Notes: a model not told the origin generated them from the letters alone. Shown: positions 48,238 through 60,477, counted from the whole stretch's first letter. The stretch is 62,489 nt of DNA, filler included, from Globobulimina sp. (GCA_003354225.1; 24 parts of 24 records of this genome joined end to end with filler, not necessarily neighbours in it), one strand, 5' to 3'. Translations and numbers: made by a program.

Positions 48238-49972
48238 CTGCAGGGTACAGTCACCATGCATACAGGTGCCGTGGTACTAGCTATAGCTATAATATAAATA
48301 GAAACGTTACCATACCATATATACGTACATACAGTAGTATATTGCATCGGTTCTCACATCATTTATTGCCGCACAATAGGATACTGGATGCAAAATTTCA
48401 GGGGGAGCAGGCGTTTTGACTTCTCGCCGGCTTGCATCTGACTTGGCTCCCCACCTAGAACCCTTTTTCAGATATGTATACGAAAGCGCTAGAGGCAATG
48501 TATGTGATGCAATGATAGCTCTAAGAGCCTTGCATTCCCCTATTCCAACAAACACGACGTTTCCATGATTCTAACACATGCTGCATGCCATCAGTGGCGG
48601 AAAACTCCAAAAGAAGATAAATTTCACGACATGGCATTCCAAGCACTTGTGGAGAGTAAAAACGGCATTATATATCACTTGGTAAGTAACACTCTAAAGC
48701 TGATTGTTTGTTTGATGTACTGTTTCGTTCCTTGTGCCAAAAAATACAATCATCATCTACCTTAGGACGCACTTCTTGACTTATCACCTGGTTTCTTCTT
48801 CTCGCGGCCCCATGGCACACCACACGGCCCGGCATTGGAGCCATTGCAGCGTGTCACCCAATGGGGTAATTTCTACAATCCAAACCTTCCTGCCGTGTTC
48901 CACTTAGTTAGGGGCCCCTACCTGCTGCATTTACATAACCTTAGGTACGTATGTGCTGATTGTATGCTGTTCTAGTTCAGAGGGAGAGGGTAACAATATT
49001 TCTGGTGCATAAAATTATCTATTCACACGTGAGGCATAGTACGCATTTTGTTTTTTTGGTTCTAACGGATGGCTCTGAAGCTGCTCCGATAGATACCACG
49101 CACGTCACCTTATACATCATTAATTGTTGTTTTTTCCGTCTCCAGCAATGTGTACACCTGTAATAGTGTAAGCACACCACCACCTCGCTTCTCAATTTCT
49201 ACCCTAGCTGTGGGCGTCTACCAGAACAATCGGTCACTCAGGTTCTTTCTCCTTTTTTTCTTGAACGTAATAACAATACAACACGTCAGGCATTTGATCT
49301 CATCACTTATCTGTAATTTTAGCACAGTTGATGAGGCAAGAATAAGGAATACGTGGGGAAAGAACTGGGATGAACCCGTAAGTAATCCAAATGAACTAGT
49401 ACTACTACCTGCAATAGTAAATGGCACTCTGTTATTACGATTAAATCCAACTCTACNNNNNNNNNNNNNNNNNNNNNNNNNNNNNNNNNNNNNNNNNNNN
49501 TTAATTAATTAANNNNNNNNNNNNNNNNNNNNNNNNNNNNNNNNNNNNNNNNNNNNTTAGATTTGATTAGATTTGATTAGACTTGATTCGAAAACCTTGA
49601 CTCAAAAAACAGTTTTTTAAGCTTAGTTCAACGTTTGAAAATCAAACAGCATCCTCCCTTGACGAACAAATTAAGTTTTCATTTGCGTGAAATGAGCCAT
49701 ACGAACAGTAATATTGAGAAATGCATTGATAAATGTATTGAATTTATAGAAGAAGAAGAAAAAAGAAATTCAAAACAAGAAAGGGAGGAAGTAAAAGAAG
49801 AGAATGTGTATCAACGAATGGAGCAACTCTTTGAAGTTTATAATTTGTGGAAGAATAATAAGAAATAAATCAAATATTTATGCTATAATTTGCAAACATT
49901 ATCAATTTAATTTGCAACAACATCAAATCCGCCATGATGACGAACGCCTGCAACATAAAATTAATAACTGAC

Positions 49973-51830
49973 TGACTGAACTGACTTACTGACTTAACTT
50001 TTTTAATTTTATTGCGTCATGCCCTTGGTTGTTTTCACTACGCAAATGAAAGATTTGATTGTAAAATTGTTCAATGAAACAGATTATATATATAACGGCG
50101 GACAAGATTCATCACAAAAATTCGATGCAAACAATTATTTATTCGAAAAATTCAATGCGATTTTCAGTGATATGGTGACATTTAAACAATTTCAAACTAA
50201 ATTAAATTGGTTGAGATGTTTCGAAAGTATAAAATTTACACGAACTTTGTTTCAATGTCCAAAACCTAATTGCAATTATGCACCGTTTACCGGGTGGAAG
50301 GGGTTTATATATCATTGTGCCCGTAATAAGTGTGGTGACGGTTTAAATGTAATTAAAAGATATCAACAAAACCGCGGTGTAAATGGTAAACGACCAACCA
50401 TAGATAAGACATATAATGCGAGGTCGACAGCCGTATACGGTTATGATGAATATACATTTATGGATCGCACAGCAAATGAAATAATATTTACTCAAAAAAA
50501 AGTACCAGTGCTGGAAAGGTATATGAAAAGGCAATTTACTTCAATGTTAAACAGGAATGGTTTGAGTTTGGTAGAATACACTGAAACTCGGCGACGAAGA
50601 AATGAAGCTTTGAAACAAGAAAGGATGAAGAACAAAAATTATGGGTCGAATATAGTTTTTGATTTTCTTTTCTCTCTGTGTGTTATTGATGAACATAAAT
50701 TAAGTGTGGTGCCCATCGATTTAGATAAGAAATTGGCAAGTTTTGAATGCAATGAAAATGGTCATAAGTCGTATCAGCAAAGGTCGGGCAATTGGGAGGC
50801 TTTGAGACCAGTCATTAGTTCTTTATTGGACATGGATCCCCATAATATTGAATGGTTTGAAGTTGCGATAAATGTAACGTACACAAGACGGTGGTTGATT
50901 TTGATGAGGTTGAGAATGCAATTATTTTTATGACATATCGCGTATTAAATTTTGTGTCAAAGCCGTATATGCCCTCTAAAGTATTCCCTCAAGTCATGTT
51001 TGTAGGGCAATATAGTGAGGAAGAATTAGAAAAAAACATAAAAAGAAATAAAGTTTTAATGGATGAATTGGAAAAATTGACCATTGAGGGCCGTGAAGTG
51101 CTGCGACAAACATTACAAAGTTATTCATATATGTATCAAGACCATGGCAGAAATCGCGGTATGCGTAAATATTCAAACCATGGTGGCCATTTCTATGATG
51201 TTATATTGCGTGATGCCAAGTTGATTCACAGTGTATTCACAAATCATGACTTATCGCGGGATAAAAAACGCCAGTTATTGCGTCAAATGGCAATATATCC
51301 AATACAATTAATGATTAAATTTTCCAATTCATCTAATTTTAATATCTTATGGTTACAGACGCCATTTAATCCGCAAATTTTTGTATATTTTCCTGAGGAG
51401 TATAAACAATTTTATTTATATGACATAAAACCCCGAAATATATTTATGTATGATATGGAAAATGAGAAATTAAGATATTATTTATTAAATGGTGAATACA
51501 GAGATGTTTATTTATCCGCATTTGATACAACGGGACAGATTAAAAATCGCATTGATAACTATCTTTTGTTCAATGTCGATTATCAGAAACATCTCAACGT
51601 ACAACAAAATAAATAGATTCAAATTAAATACCAATTAATACCAATATTAAAAGTGTATCATTTTCAATATTGACAATTATTTATAACATTTTATAAAACA
51701 TTTGGATGTGTTTGTATTTTTCCTTTTGTATTATTATTATTTGTTGCGTGTTTCAATGTCCATTATCAGCATTGATAATCTCAAAAATTGATAAAATTAA
51801 AAAAGTTCAGTCAGTCAGTCAGTTCAGTCA
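49973..51830. repeat. 40-bp inverted repeat pair (49973-50012 and 51791-51830; 38/40 identical)
   Basis: Left TGACTGAACTGACTTACTGACTTAACTTTTTTAATTTTAT; right reverse complement TGACTGAACTGACTGACTGACTGAACTTTTTTAATTTTAT. Confidence 0.9.
50019..51616 (+). CDS. Myb/SANT-like plus zinc-finger protein split by a -1 frameshift near 50860
   Basis: 'FTTQMKDLIVKLF...FNAIF...VTFKQFQTKLNWLR' (Myb/SANT-like); 'FQCPKPNC...FIYHCARNKC'; second frame opens at 'SCDKCNVH' straight after 'WFE'. Confidence 0.6.
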
Positions 51831-52163
51831 TCACGCGCATAATTGCAAGAATATCATTAGTAATAATCCGCCATAATCGGATTTACATTGCGCTAAAAAC
51901 TTAAAAAATTTATCCTTCATATACTTATTATATTCATTGGACTCATCTTTATCTTTATGAATATTATCCATTTTATATAATACTTGCTTGCATATTGCAA
52001 TGGCTCTTTGTAAATGGATCTCACCTTTGTTCTTATCATAATAATGTAGCCATTGTATATTACNNNNNNNNNNNNNNNNNNNNNNNNNNNNNNNNNNNNN
52101 NNNNNNNTTAATTAATTAANNNNNNNNNNNNNNNNNNNNNNNNNNNNNNNNNNNNNNNNNNNN

Positions 52164-53451
52164 CCAGAAATAAGTCGGTAAACAAAGCAAATGCTTCCAA
52201 TTCGCTTTCAGTGATTCCATTTTCAACAGAAACCAATAAATAAACATGATGAATGCGAGTGAAGTTGAGATGAATACATCGATTTATTAAATCCAAAATA
52301 ATAGCAGACGTATTTGCAGCTGCCACATCTTGCAACATTCTGTGAAAAAAAGGTGATGAATCCATAATGTTGACATTCAATTTGTTGTTAACTCCTTCTA
52401 ATTCCGTGTCAAATATATGAATTAGGTCATTCTCGTAGGCGTTGGAAATGATACTAAGTAATCCGGTGTCATTTAAACTTTCCTTATTTTGAAGCACTGC
52501 AATTGAACTTGTTATTGCTTCTTCCGATGAACCGATGAATATAATATTGCGAACATTGGAAACTGCTTTGTTTTGGTACGTATACTTTCTATTATTATTA
52601 TTGTGATCGATATCATTGAAGAAAGTTTTATCAAATGTTAAAATGTCATCATCACAAAGCATTGTTCCATAACAGCAATCATTCAATGTCTGCTTTGCGT
52701 GCCTTACCAATGCTAAATAATGTTGATAGACACCAACTTGTTTAATGTCGATAGATACATTTTGTTGAACAATATGTTGCAGCAATTTCATTCTTTGTAA
52801 CTGCACATTTTGTCGCAACTTTGTTTTGTTGAACATATTTGATGGCTGAGCTGCTCCCAAAAAAAATATTCTCCCATTTGTACGCTGATATAATGGCTGC
52901 AAATCTGGAATATATTTGAATTGATCAATGTAATGTTCATATTGTTTTTGTGTTGATATATTTTGAGCAAATGATATAATGATTGATATTTTATCTTCAA
53001 TGCCCAAAAACCTCTGAGCGTACAAAAGAAATGAATCTATTTCTTGTCTATTTATTCCTCTTTGAATGGATATAACCAAATAAAAGTGATTAATGTTTGT
53101 AATCTCCAGATCAATGCACTTCTTTATGATATGCAGAATGTGTTCACTTTGATTTTCTGCATTCAATGCGTACGTAAACGACTCTGGAATACTCAGAACA
53201 TTAAAATGCAAAATATTATGCTTCCTCCTCGATTTCATTGCAAATGATTCAACTGATACTTGTGCAGTGTCATCTATAATTGGAGCAAAACCAGGATGAT
53301 AATTATTATCTTTCAGAACTTCAATCAATTCATTTGCTCTGCCAATCAATACGATATTACGAACATATGCTTCAATCAATTGATAATCACATTTTGTAAA
53401 TAAGGCATTGATCAGTAACATGTACAACAATAAAGGAAACAAACATGCCAT
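52164..53451 (-). CDS. Signal-peptide protein with tandem degenerate AIG1/GIMAP-like G domains; 3' truncated
   Basis: Two repeats 'VRNI(V/I)(L/F)IG...I..CI.L..T.I.H.YL..S...GI...E...F.L....FL'. Confidence 0.6.
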
Positions 53452-53543
53452 CAAAAGTGAAGCTTACTGGAAAGAATACTAAAATAGCATAATCCAAAAA
53501 CTTTAAACTTTTCCCAGTTTCATTTAAAACTTATCAACGAAAC

Positions 53544-54446
53544 ATGGGCAATCAAATGGTCTCAGACGTCTCAGACAGAGAAACTAAACACTGCTCCAAT
53601 TTGTGGAGATCTGTAAAATCCAAAATTAACATAATCAGCAAAAGCAAGACCAACGTGCATTCATCCGATGATTTTATAATAAAATATAAACACACGAATC
53701 GACATAAAGAGAAAAATATTGATATCGATATCAATTCGTTTGATGAAAGACGTATAGTATTTGTCAGTTTAATTGGTTTTTATCAAACATGGCAAGAATG
53801 TCCATCCCATAAATTGTACACATGTCTGTTGCTGTTACCATTAAAAAAAAATGGATTTACAATCCCAAGAAATATATTGATGAATTAAAACATTGCTTTG
53901 CTTCTCAACTTTCATTTTTTTCAGGTTTCATTATATTTATAAACACCGAATATTTCTCTTACGTACGTTTCCAACAAACGTAAACCGAGATAATGGCATA
54001 CGTTCAAACTATATTTTCCGATACGTTTACTTATATATTTAGATGCGGTACAAATAAATTCTTTCATTGAATTATTAAAATGGAAAGATTCGCAATGTTC
54101 TATATTGTGGTTGTTGGCTGATGGCGATACAGAAATATCATTTTGGTATTCTGTCAGCAAACAATTGACAGATTTAAATTATAAACCACTTAATTTGAAT
54201 AAAGATCATCGGGAAAATAAAAAAGATTTTTTAAAAGAAGTATATTCAATGAAATTTAAAGCAATGCAAGAGATTATTTGTGAATCGAATCCAAATTCAT
54301 TGAATCCGATTAGGTTTTATGGTGAAACTCATCAGATACAGTCGCACGAAAAAACGTGTGATATATATGATGAGTTTGATGAGGTGGAGGTAGAAAATTG
54401 GTGGGTATCACAGGATTACGATCCAAATGATATCGATGGCCAATAA
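53544..54446 (+). CDS. Hypothetical multi-exon protein (MGN start)
   Basis: Two ORFs joinable through short GT-AG introns; exact exon structure uncertain. Confidence 0.45.
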
Positions 54447-54770
54447 ATGTCAAAATATATGTAAAATTTTTTTTTCCTTTCTAACATATCCTTTTTGTAC
54501 ATTCATTTTTGTAACTTTCCTTTTTGCCTTTTAAATACGTGTCAAATATATTTTTTGTTTCAATTTTGTGTCAGTTTTTTCAATTTATTATAATATTATA
54601 TTTAGAATTAGTGCATTTAACTGAATTGAAAGCAAAGTCGATAATTCAGTTGATTTTATCCGTCTACAGTNNNNNNNNNNNNNNNNNNNNNNNNNNNNNN
54701 NNNNNNNNNNNNNNTTAATTAATTAANNNNNNNNNNNNNNNNNNNNNNNNNNNNNNNNNNNNNNNNNNNN

Positions 54771-55141
54771 TTTTTGTTGGGGATGCATTGATAACCATTA
54801 TCAAACAGGTGTTGTGCAATTCCATTTGTGAAACATTTCCAAAATGAATGTAATTCATTAAAAGTATGATTATGTATGTTTTCAATGATAAAGTGATCTG
54901 CGCTCCAATCATATGAATAATTGACACAAAAATGAATCAAAATCAAAATTAATACAACAAGAAATATACTTGCGACAATTGTTAGTTTGAAACAATCTGA
55001 ATTCGAATTGGGCGCACATATGTATTGTGTCAATCTTTTTCGATGTTTGCGTTTTTTGTGCCTTTTAGTCACATATCTGTTGAACATTTCAGTTCTTAGT
55101 CGTGCTATTTGTTTGTTTGTTAATTTAAGACGCGTTGCCAT
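54771..55141 (-). CDS. Type II membrane protein N-terminus, truncated
   Basis: Basic N-terminus, single TM, open to the contig edge. Confidence 0.5.
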
Positions 55142-55196
55142 TATTAAAAAAAAAAACTTCCGTAAATTTAAGAGCTAGGCGTTGTCATTAGCACAT

Positions 55197-56317
55197 TTAA
55201 TGTTTTTTGGTAAACATCATGAGTTGTAATTCATATTGTTGGTTTTTATCAATATTCTCATATTTTACGATATCATTGCAAGTAATAACACCATTATTTT
55301 TATCTAATATTATTTCTAAATCATCCTCATCGCAACAATCATTATATCCATCATACAAAAGATAGCCATATTTATTCCATGTTTTATTCAATGTAAACTT
55401 TTTCTGTGTATTCAAGTTATTTTCATAATCAATTATTTGTTTTTGTTTTGTGTTTGTTTTTGTCATTTCCCGATTGATTCTGTCTAATTTCTTTTTAATT
55501 TTAAACATTGTCGGATCAGCTGCATTGACGTTTTTTATCATCTGCTTGATTTGTACACTGTATCTACCAAATAATGATTTAAATTTCTGATAATTATCAT
55601 CTTGATGACACGTGGATGTATATTGAAGCTGTGTGTTTTTTAATATTAATTGGTTTGCTGCGAATACTGCCCCGAATAACTCTGCTTTAATAACATTGAA
55701 TTCATCATTAAATAATTCCATTTGTTTATTTCTTCTATATTTTAATACCAGATTGCTATGATACAATGGACCATAATATAACACTAATAATAATATCAAG
55801 TCTGTGGGAATGATAACATTTGATTGGTGAATATAACCGCACATTATTACCGAAGCATATTTACTCTTGAAATTTGTTTTCATTTTATTGAATTTCAAAT
55901 TCTCGATTTTATTCATTTCAATCTGTTTTTGTAATGAATATGAATGTTTTCTTTGTAAAAACGATATTATTGTTTGTTTTGGAGAATGCATTTTATGACG
56001 TTTATTAAATAAAAAACATAAATAATTCCTTTCTTCTTGTTTTTTAAAGCAACATTCCATTTGTAAATATTATTAGTATTACTTTTGTTATCATCCACTG
56101 AAAGATTTGTAACAATACAATTTGATGCATGGTTTGGGAATAATTTATGTAAATAAATATCTGACCATTCGTAATCATGACCATTTATTTTCGTTGTCAA
56201 CATTTTGTTCGTTTTTACATTTATATATCGAACTACACGCTCTTCTACAGACCCATTGTCGTATAATACTTGCACAACATCACCAGCATCAAATGGAACA
56301 ACTGTTACATTCGCCAT
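55197..56317 (-). CDS. Protein with F-box-like motif, split into two overlapping frames near 56060
   Basis: 'IMCGYIHQSNVIIPTDLILLLVLYY'; same-strand overlapping ORFs. Confidence 0.5.
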
Positions 56318-56418
56318 GTTTCAGTATCTAATATTTATAGCTGTTGTAGAATTTTTGAGCACAACGACAACTTTACAGTCTTTTGGAGCATAGCGATCGC
56401 GTAGCTAGTAAATGAGTC

Positions 56419-56931
56419 ATGCCAGCAAATACCTTCACTTTTAGCTTTAGCACTGGATTCGGATCCTATCATTATATCAAAACAAAACATAAGAACACGA
56501 GTACTCGAGCAACAGCCACAGTTGGATCGATATCATCTTCTCCGATAACTGGCAAACCATTTGATAACACATTGGAGCAAATTTCCAAACCAAAAATTAC
56601 GACATGTACACATGGCGTACATGTTATTAATAGCTCTCTTAAATCGAATACAAATCAAATTACAATAACTCGTGGGGCGAAGTTGAAAGAAGGTGAAACA
56701 TTAAAGGTGCACTTTGATGAAAATGTTGCAGTTTATATCAGCGGAATTAACAGCAAAAGTTTCAAAGAGAAATTCTTTGAAAAAATAAAATTTAAAATCA
56801 ACTCAGCCAAATGCCCAAAACTCCCTAGCTTCCTTGCAAAAAAAAAACAAAATGAGGCTATGAAAAAGAAAAAAGGTGCAGCGGTGTTTACCTTCGCCCT
56901 TTGCATCATAGTGCTCATTATTATAATTTAA
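56419..56931 (+). CDS. Hypothetical protein, possibly tail-anchored
   Basis: 170 codons with hydrophobic C-terminus. Confidence 0.45.
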   Translation: MPANTFTFSFSTGFGSYHYIKTKHKNTSTRATATVGSISSSPITGKPFDNTLEQISKPKITTCTHGVHVINSSLKSNTNQITITRGAKLKEGETLKVHFDENVAVYISGINSKSFKEKFFEKIKFKINSAKCPKLPSFLAKKKQNEAMKKKKGAAVFTFALCIIVLIIII

Positions 56932-57240
56932 TTAAATTGGCGTTTGGGTGAATTGCAAACATGACTCATTTAATACATATTTTTGTATTTTTCCACCATA
57001 CAAACCATATTATCTCTATTTGTGACAGACACTGACAGAGCATCGCGTTCTTATCGTATCTGTACAAATGGATAATATATGCTGTGGTGAAGGGATATAT
57101 TTAGCAACCAACAATTACTTATTTTCTTTTTCCTACGTACAATTTTTTCCCGTTTAGTTTTTGTTTTCCTCTCTTTTTTTTTTTTTTTTTTTGTTTTTTT
57201 TTTTTTTTTGGTTTGGTTTTTTTTATTTTTTATTTTTTTT

Positions 57241-57277
<37 letters not shown>

Positions 57278-57377
57278 NNNNNNNNNNNNNNNNNNNNNNN
57301 NNNNNNNNNNNNNNNNNNNNNTTAATTAATTAANNNNNNNNNNNNNNNNNNNNNNNNNNNNNNNNNNNNNNNNNNNN

Positions 57378-58446
57378 GATGGCCATTGTCAAACAAATCT
57401 GGATAGAAATCGCCAAAAATGTATACACTAATTTCTCCGGTGTTGGATCGAATAAATATGATTTATAAATATTGAATTCTGCGTCTTGTTCTGCCAATAT
57501 CTCATCTTTAATGTACACATATCGCCATAATAGGTGCACCTCGCCAGTTACATTAAAGCCGCCCAAATGCATATTATAATTGTCGTTATTTGCGTTGGGT
57601 AAAACGTATAAAATATCAAGCTCTTCGTCGTAAAATATGCTCTTTTTCTGCTGATCATATAACGCGTACTCATTGACAAAGTTTTTAAAATGATATGCGA
57701 TTTTATATTTCATCGGAGGATAAGCAATGTTGCCAAACATATCTGTGCTGATTTGCATTCCTCGAATGTTCTGTTGACATATTTCAAAGTATAATGGAGT
57801 GTTTTTCTCAATCCATTGAGCTGTGTCGCGGTCTAAATCTTGATTTAAAAATGCTTTCTCTTCCACTCTCTGCTTTAATGTCGTTGCAGAGCAGGAATCG
57901 TAACATAGTTCAAAACGAAACTTGCAATTATCTGTGACAGTGCATTTACAGCAAATTACTGACATAAATTACATGTTTTTATGCGATGTACACTTAACCA
58001 GTTCCAAGCTGCACCATATTGCTCCAGACTTTGCCTTTTGTGTCAAATAATTTTTCAGCGTCACAATCTATTTTAAATGAACCGTAGAGTGCATCCGGCA
58101 TTTCTGGGTCATCTGATTTATCAAAAGCAGACACGTTTATTATGTGTGGCAATTCATTCGTATTTACATAATGTCGAGAAAATTGATCCCAGCGAGGATT
58201 GCCATTCTCGCAATCAAATATAACATGAGTTTTGAATGTCATATTTGGGTTATCGTCAATTGATATTTTAATGTATGGATCGCTATGCGGTCTTATTAAC
58301 TTTTTAATTGCTGTGGCTGAAATCTTTTGCATTTCTTGCTGAAAGCCATGAAAAGAATTTCCTAAAATTGATGTAAAACCAGAGCCACTCCCAACGTGAA
58401 TGACAATGAAATGTTTCTCTTCGGAATCCATCTCTTTAACTTCCAT
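57378..58446 (-). CDS. C2-domain membrane protein; intron 57932-57998; 3' truncated
   Basis: 'SDPYIKI', 'KTHVI...NPRWDQ', 'VSAFDKSD...DALYG'; intron restores frame. Confidence 0.8.
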
Positions 58447-58739
58447 TTTTTAGTATAAAATAATAATTGTTGAAAAACTCTGCTCAGTCTGCTGAAAATG
58501 GGAATTCGTTGGTCAACAATTTTACTACTTTCCATTTCATGGCTTATTTTGATACCGATTGGCATTACAACATTGGTAAAAATGATAAAATTTCATAAAA
58601 AATCATAACCATTTCCTCGTCCATTGTATATTGCTCAAATAATATTTATGATATCCTCAATTACATTTGGCCTATTTTACCCGCAAAATACTATCTTTTT
58701 TTTTTTGAAAACGTAGCACCATTTCTAATTAATAATGCA

Positions 58740-59450
58740 TTGGTGTTGTTGTCCTATGCTGCACAATTTTTATCATTGGTATTTATTTTATATTACAGAA
58801 TAATTCATATATTCAACGAAACAGTGTTTGAAATCAGCAAAAACACTAAAATATGTTCACTTGTTTTATTTTTTTTACCATTTATGTTTGGTGGCATTGC
58901 AGTTTTTGCATATTATACAACTGCGAACGGAGGGAAATCATACGGTGTGTTATCGTATATTTGTGGTGCAATGGGACTGCTTTGTTTCCTTATTTTTATG
59001 CAATATTTATCATTTTTATTCATTTATAAATTGTATAAACTTATTAATGCCGAAGAGAGCGCATGTCCTCAATTCAAAATTAAAATGCTTGACACTATGA
59101 TTCGATACAGCATATTATGTGTATGCAGTATGTCGGGAACAACTTTATTTGTATTATTATTGGTAGCATTGCAATCATTTAATCTCTCAAATGTTATATT
59201 TGTAATGTTAGGCCAATATTTTGATGTAAGCACCAATTTATTGTGCATAGCTTTATCATTTACTTTTAGTACCAAATATTATTATATTGTATGTAAATTA
59301 TGTCACATTGGATGTAAACAAATATGTAACAGTGATGACATTGGCACTCATCACTTGCAACCAGCACACGCTGTAAGTTCTGCATCACAAAGTCCAGCAT
59401 CATCAACAGATAAAAGATCAACCGAAATTACCACCATTTCGTTATCATAG
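58740..59450 (+). CDS. Multi-TM (GPCR-like) membrane protein; start uncertain
   Basis: At least five TM helices, then 'YYYIVCKLCHIGC' and an S/T tail. Confidence 0.65.
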   Translation: MVLLSYAAQFLSLVFILYYRIIHIFNETVFEISKNTKICSLVLFFLPFMFGGIAVFAYYTTANGGKSYGVLSYICGAMGLLCFLIFMQYLSFLFIYKLYKLINAEESACPQFKIKMLDTMIRYSILCVCSMSGTTLFVLLLVALQSFNLSNVIFVMLGQYFDVSTNLLCIALSFTFSTKYYYIVCKLCHIGCKQICNSDDIGTHHLQPAHAVSSASQSPASSTDKRSTEITTISLS

Positions 59451-59983
59451 ACAGTATTTAAAATAATGTTCAATAAAATAATGATCAAAAACTATAAATA
59501 TTATTTGTACAGTAATTTATAGAGTGCATATTGTGTTTGTATTGTTGTAGAATATTTTGTAAGGATATTTTTGTTTGGACGTGCTGTTTTTTTATGTAAG
59601 AAGATAAAAAAAATGGGAAACACTTTACAGAAAATCAGTTCACTTTGACTCGGCTTTGGGACATTTATAATTAATGGGTGCTATCTTAGCAGGTGAAATA
59701 GAAACAGAGGAACGAAATCCATTTGACTTTTTGCTTTCAGTGAAATGGTCGATGGTTAGAACCATTTTACAGTTTTCGGAGACTGACTTGCTTTTAACAG
59801 TTTAATTTAACAGAACCGGTACACAAATCAAGACACACAAACACACACACAAAAACCTACAAAATCAGCAACAAATCAGCAAANNNNNNNNNNNNNNNNN
59901 NNNNNNNNNNNNNNNNNNNNNNNNNNNTTAATTAATTAANNNNNNNNNNNNNNNNNNNNNNNNNNNNNNNNNNNNNNNNNNNN

Positions 59984-60477
59984 ATGAGAATAGAGGCCAA
60001 TGCCATGAATACAGACATAATAAAACATTCGATATGCCTTACTTTCACTGTCGTAATAGAAATGAACGTACAAAATCTGATAAGTATTGCAAAATATCAA
60101 ATAAAATAAACGAAAACGATCTGATGCGAACCACGATTTGATTTTGAACTCGCCATTGCATCTGTTGATAAATATCAGTGGAATTAAGTATAAAATCATG
60201 AAGAAATTGGGTCAGATTTAATATGAAATTGCTGTACCAACACTCGTGAAATAAACTTTTCGATTGCTCGTAATCTGAGCAATCTGTGTCAATATTGATC
60301 ACAAAATACGTCTCGTTCAATGAGGCTGTGAATAATGTCAAATGAATAATACAACCAATCACCAACACTGCTATTCGTCACTGCCACGGTGAACATTAAC
60401 GCTAACGCCAACATCAATGTCAGACTTATAAATACGTTCCTATCCTTGCCAAACATACATTCTATTAAAAACGACAT
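59984..60477 (-). pseudogene. Membrane-protein gene with two apparent frameshifts
   Basis: Hydrophobic protein-like sequence passes through three successive frames (near 60375 and 60205). Confidence 0.4.

Larger units (their letters stand above)
2511..59983. other. 23 artificial 100-bp contig spacers (N44-TTAATTAATTAA-N44), first at 2511-2610, last at 59884-59983
   Basis: Identical linker with stops in all six frames recurring every ~2607-2609 bp; contig lengths decline from 2510 to 2506 bp. Confidence 0.99.

Noticed and set aside
49557-49590. (TTAGATTTGA)3 at a contig start as a telomere
   Set aside because: Only three degenerate copies and not seen at any other contig end
57170-57277. Poly-T tract (and the poly-A tract at 5220-5254) as retroposed poly(A) tails
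   Set aside because: Both are T-rich on the sense strand of the adjacent gene and sit at contig edges; low-complexity assembly breakpoints
2511-59983. Regularly spaced TTAATTAATTAA motif and uniform ~2.5-kb units as CRISPR-like repeats, telomeres or nanochromosomes
   Set aside because: The motif is embedded in N runs and is a six-frame-stop assembly linker; uniform size reflects length-sorted contigs
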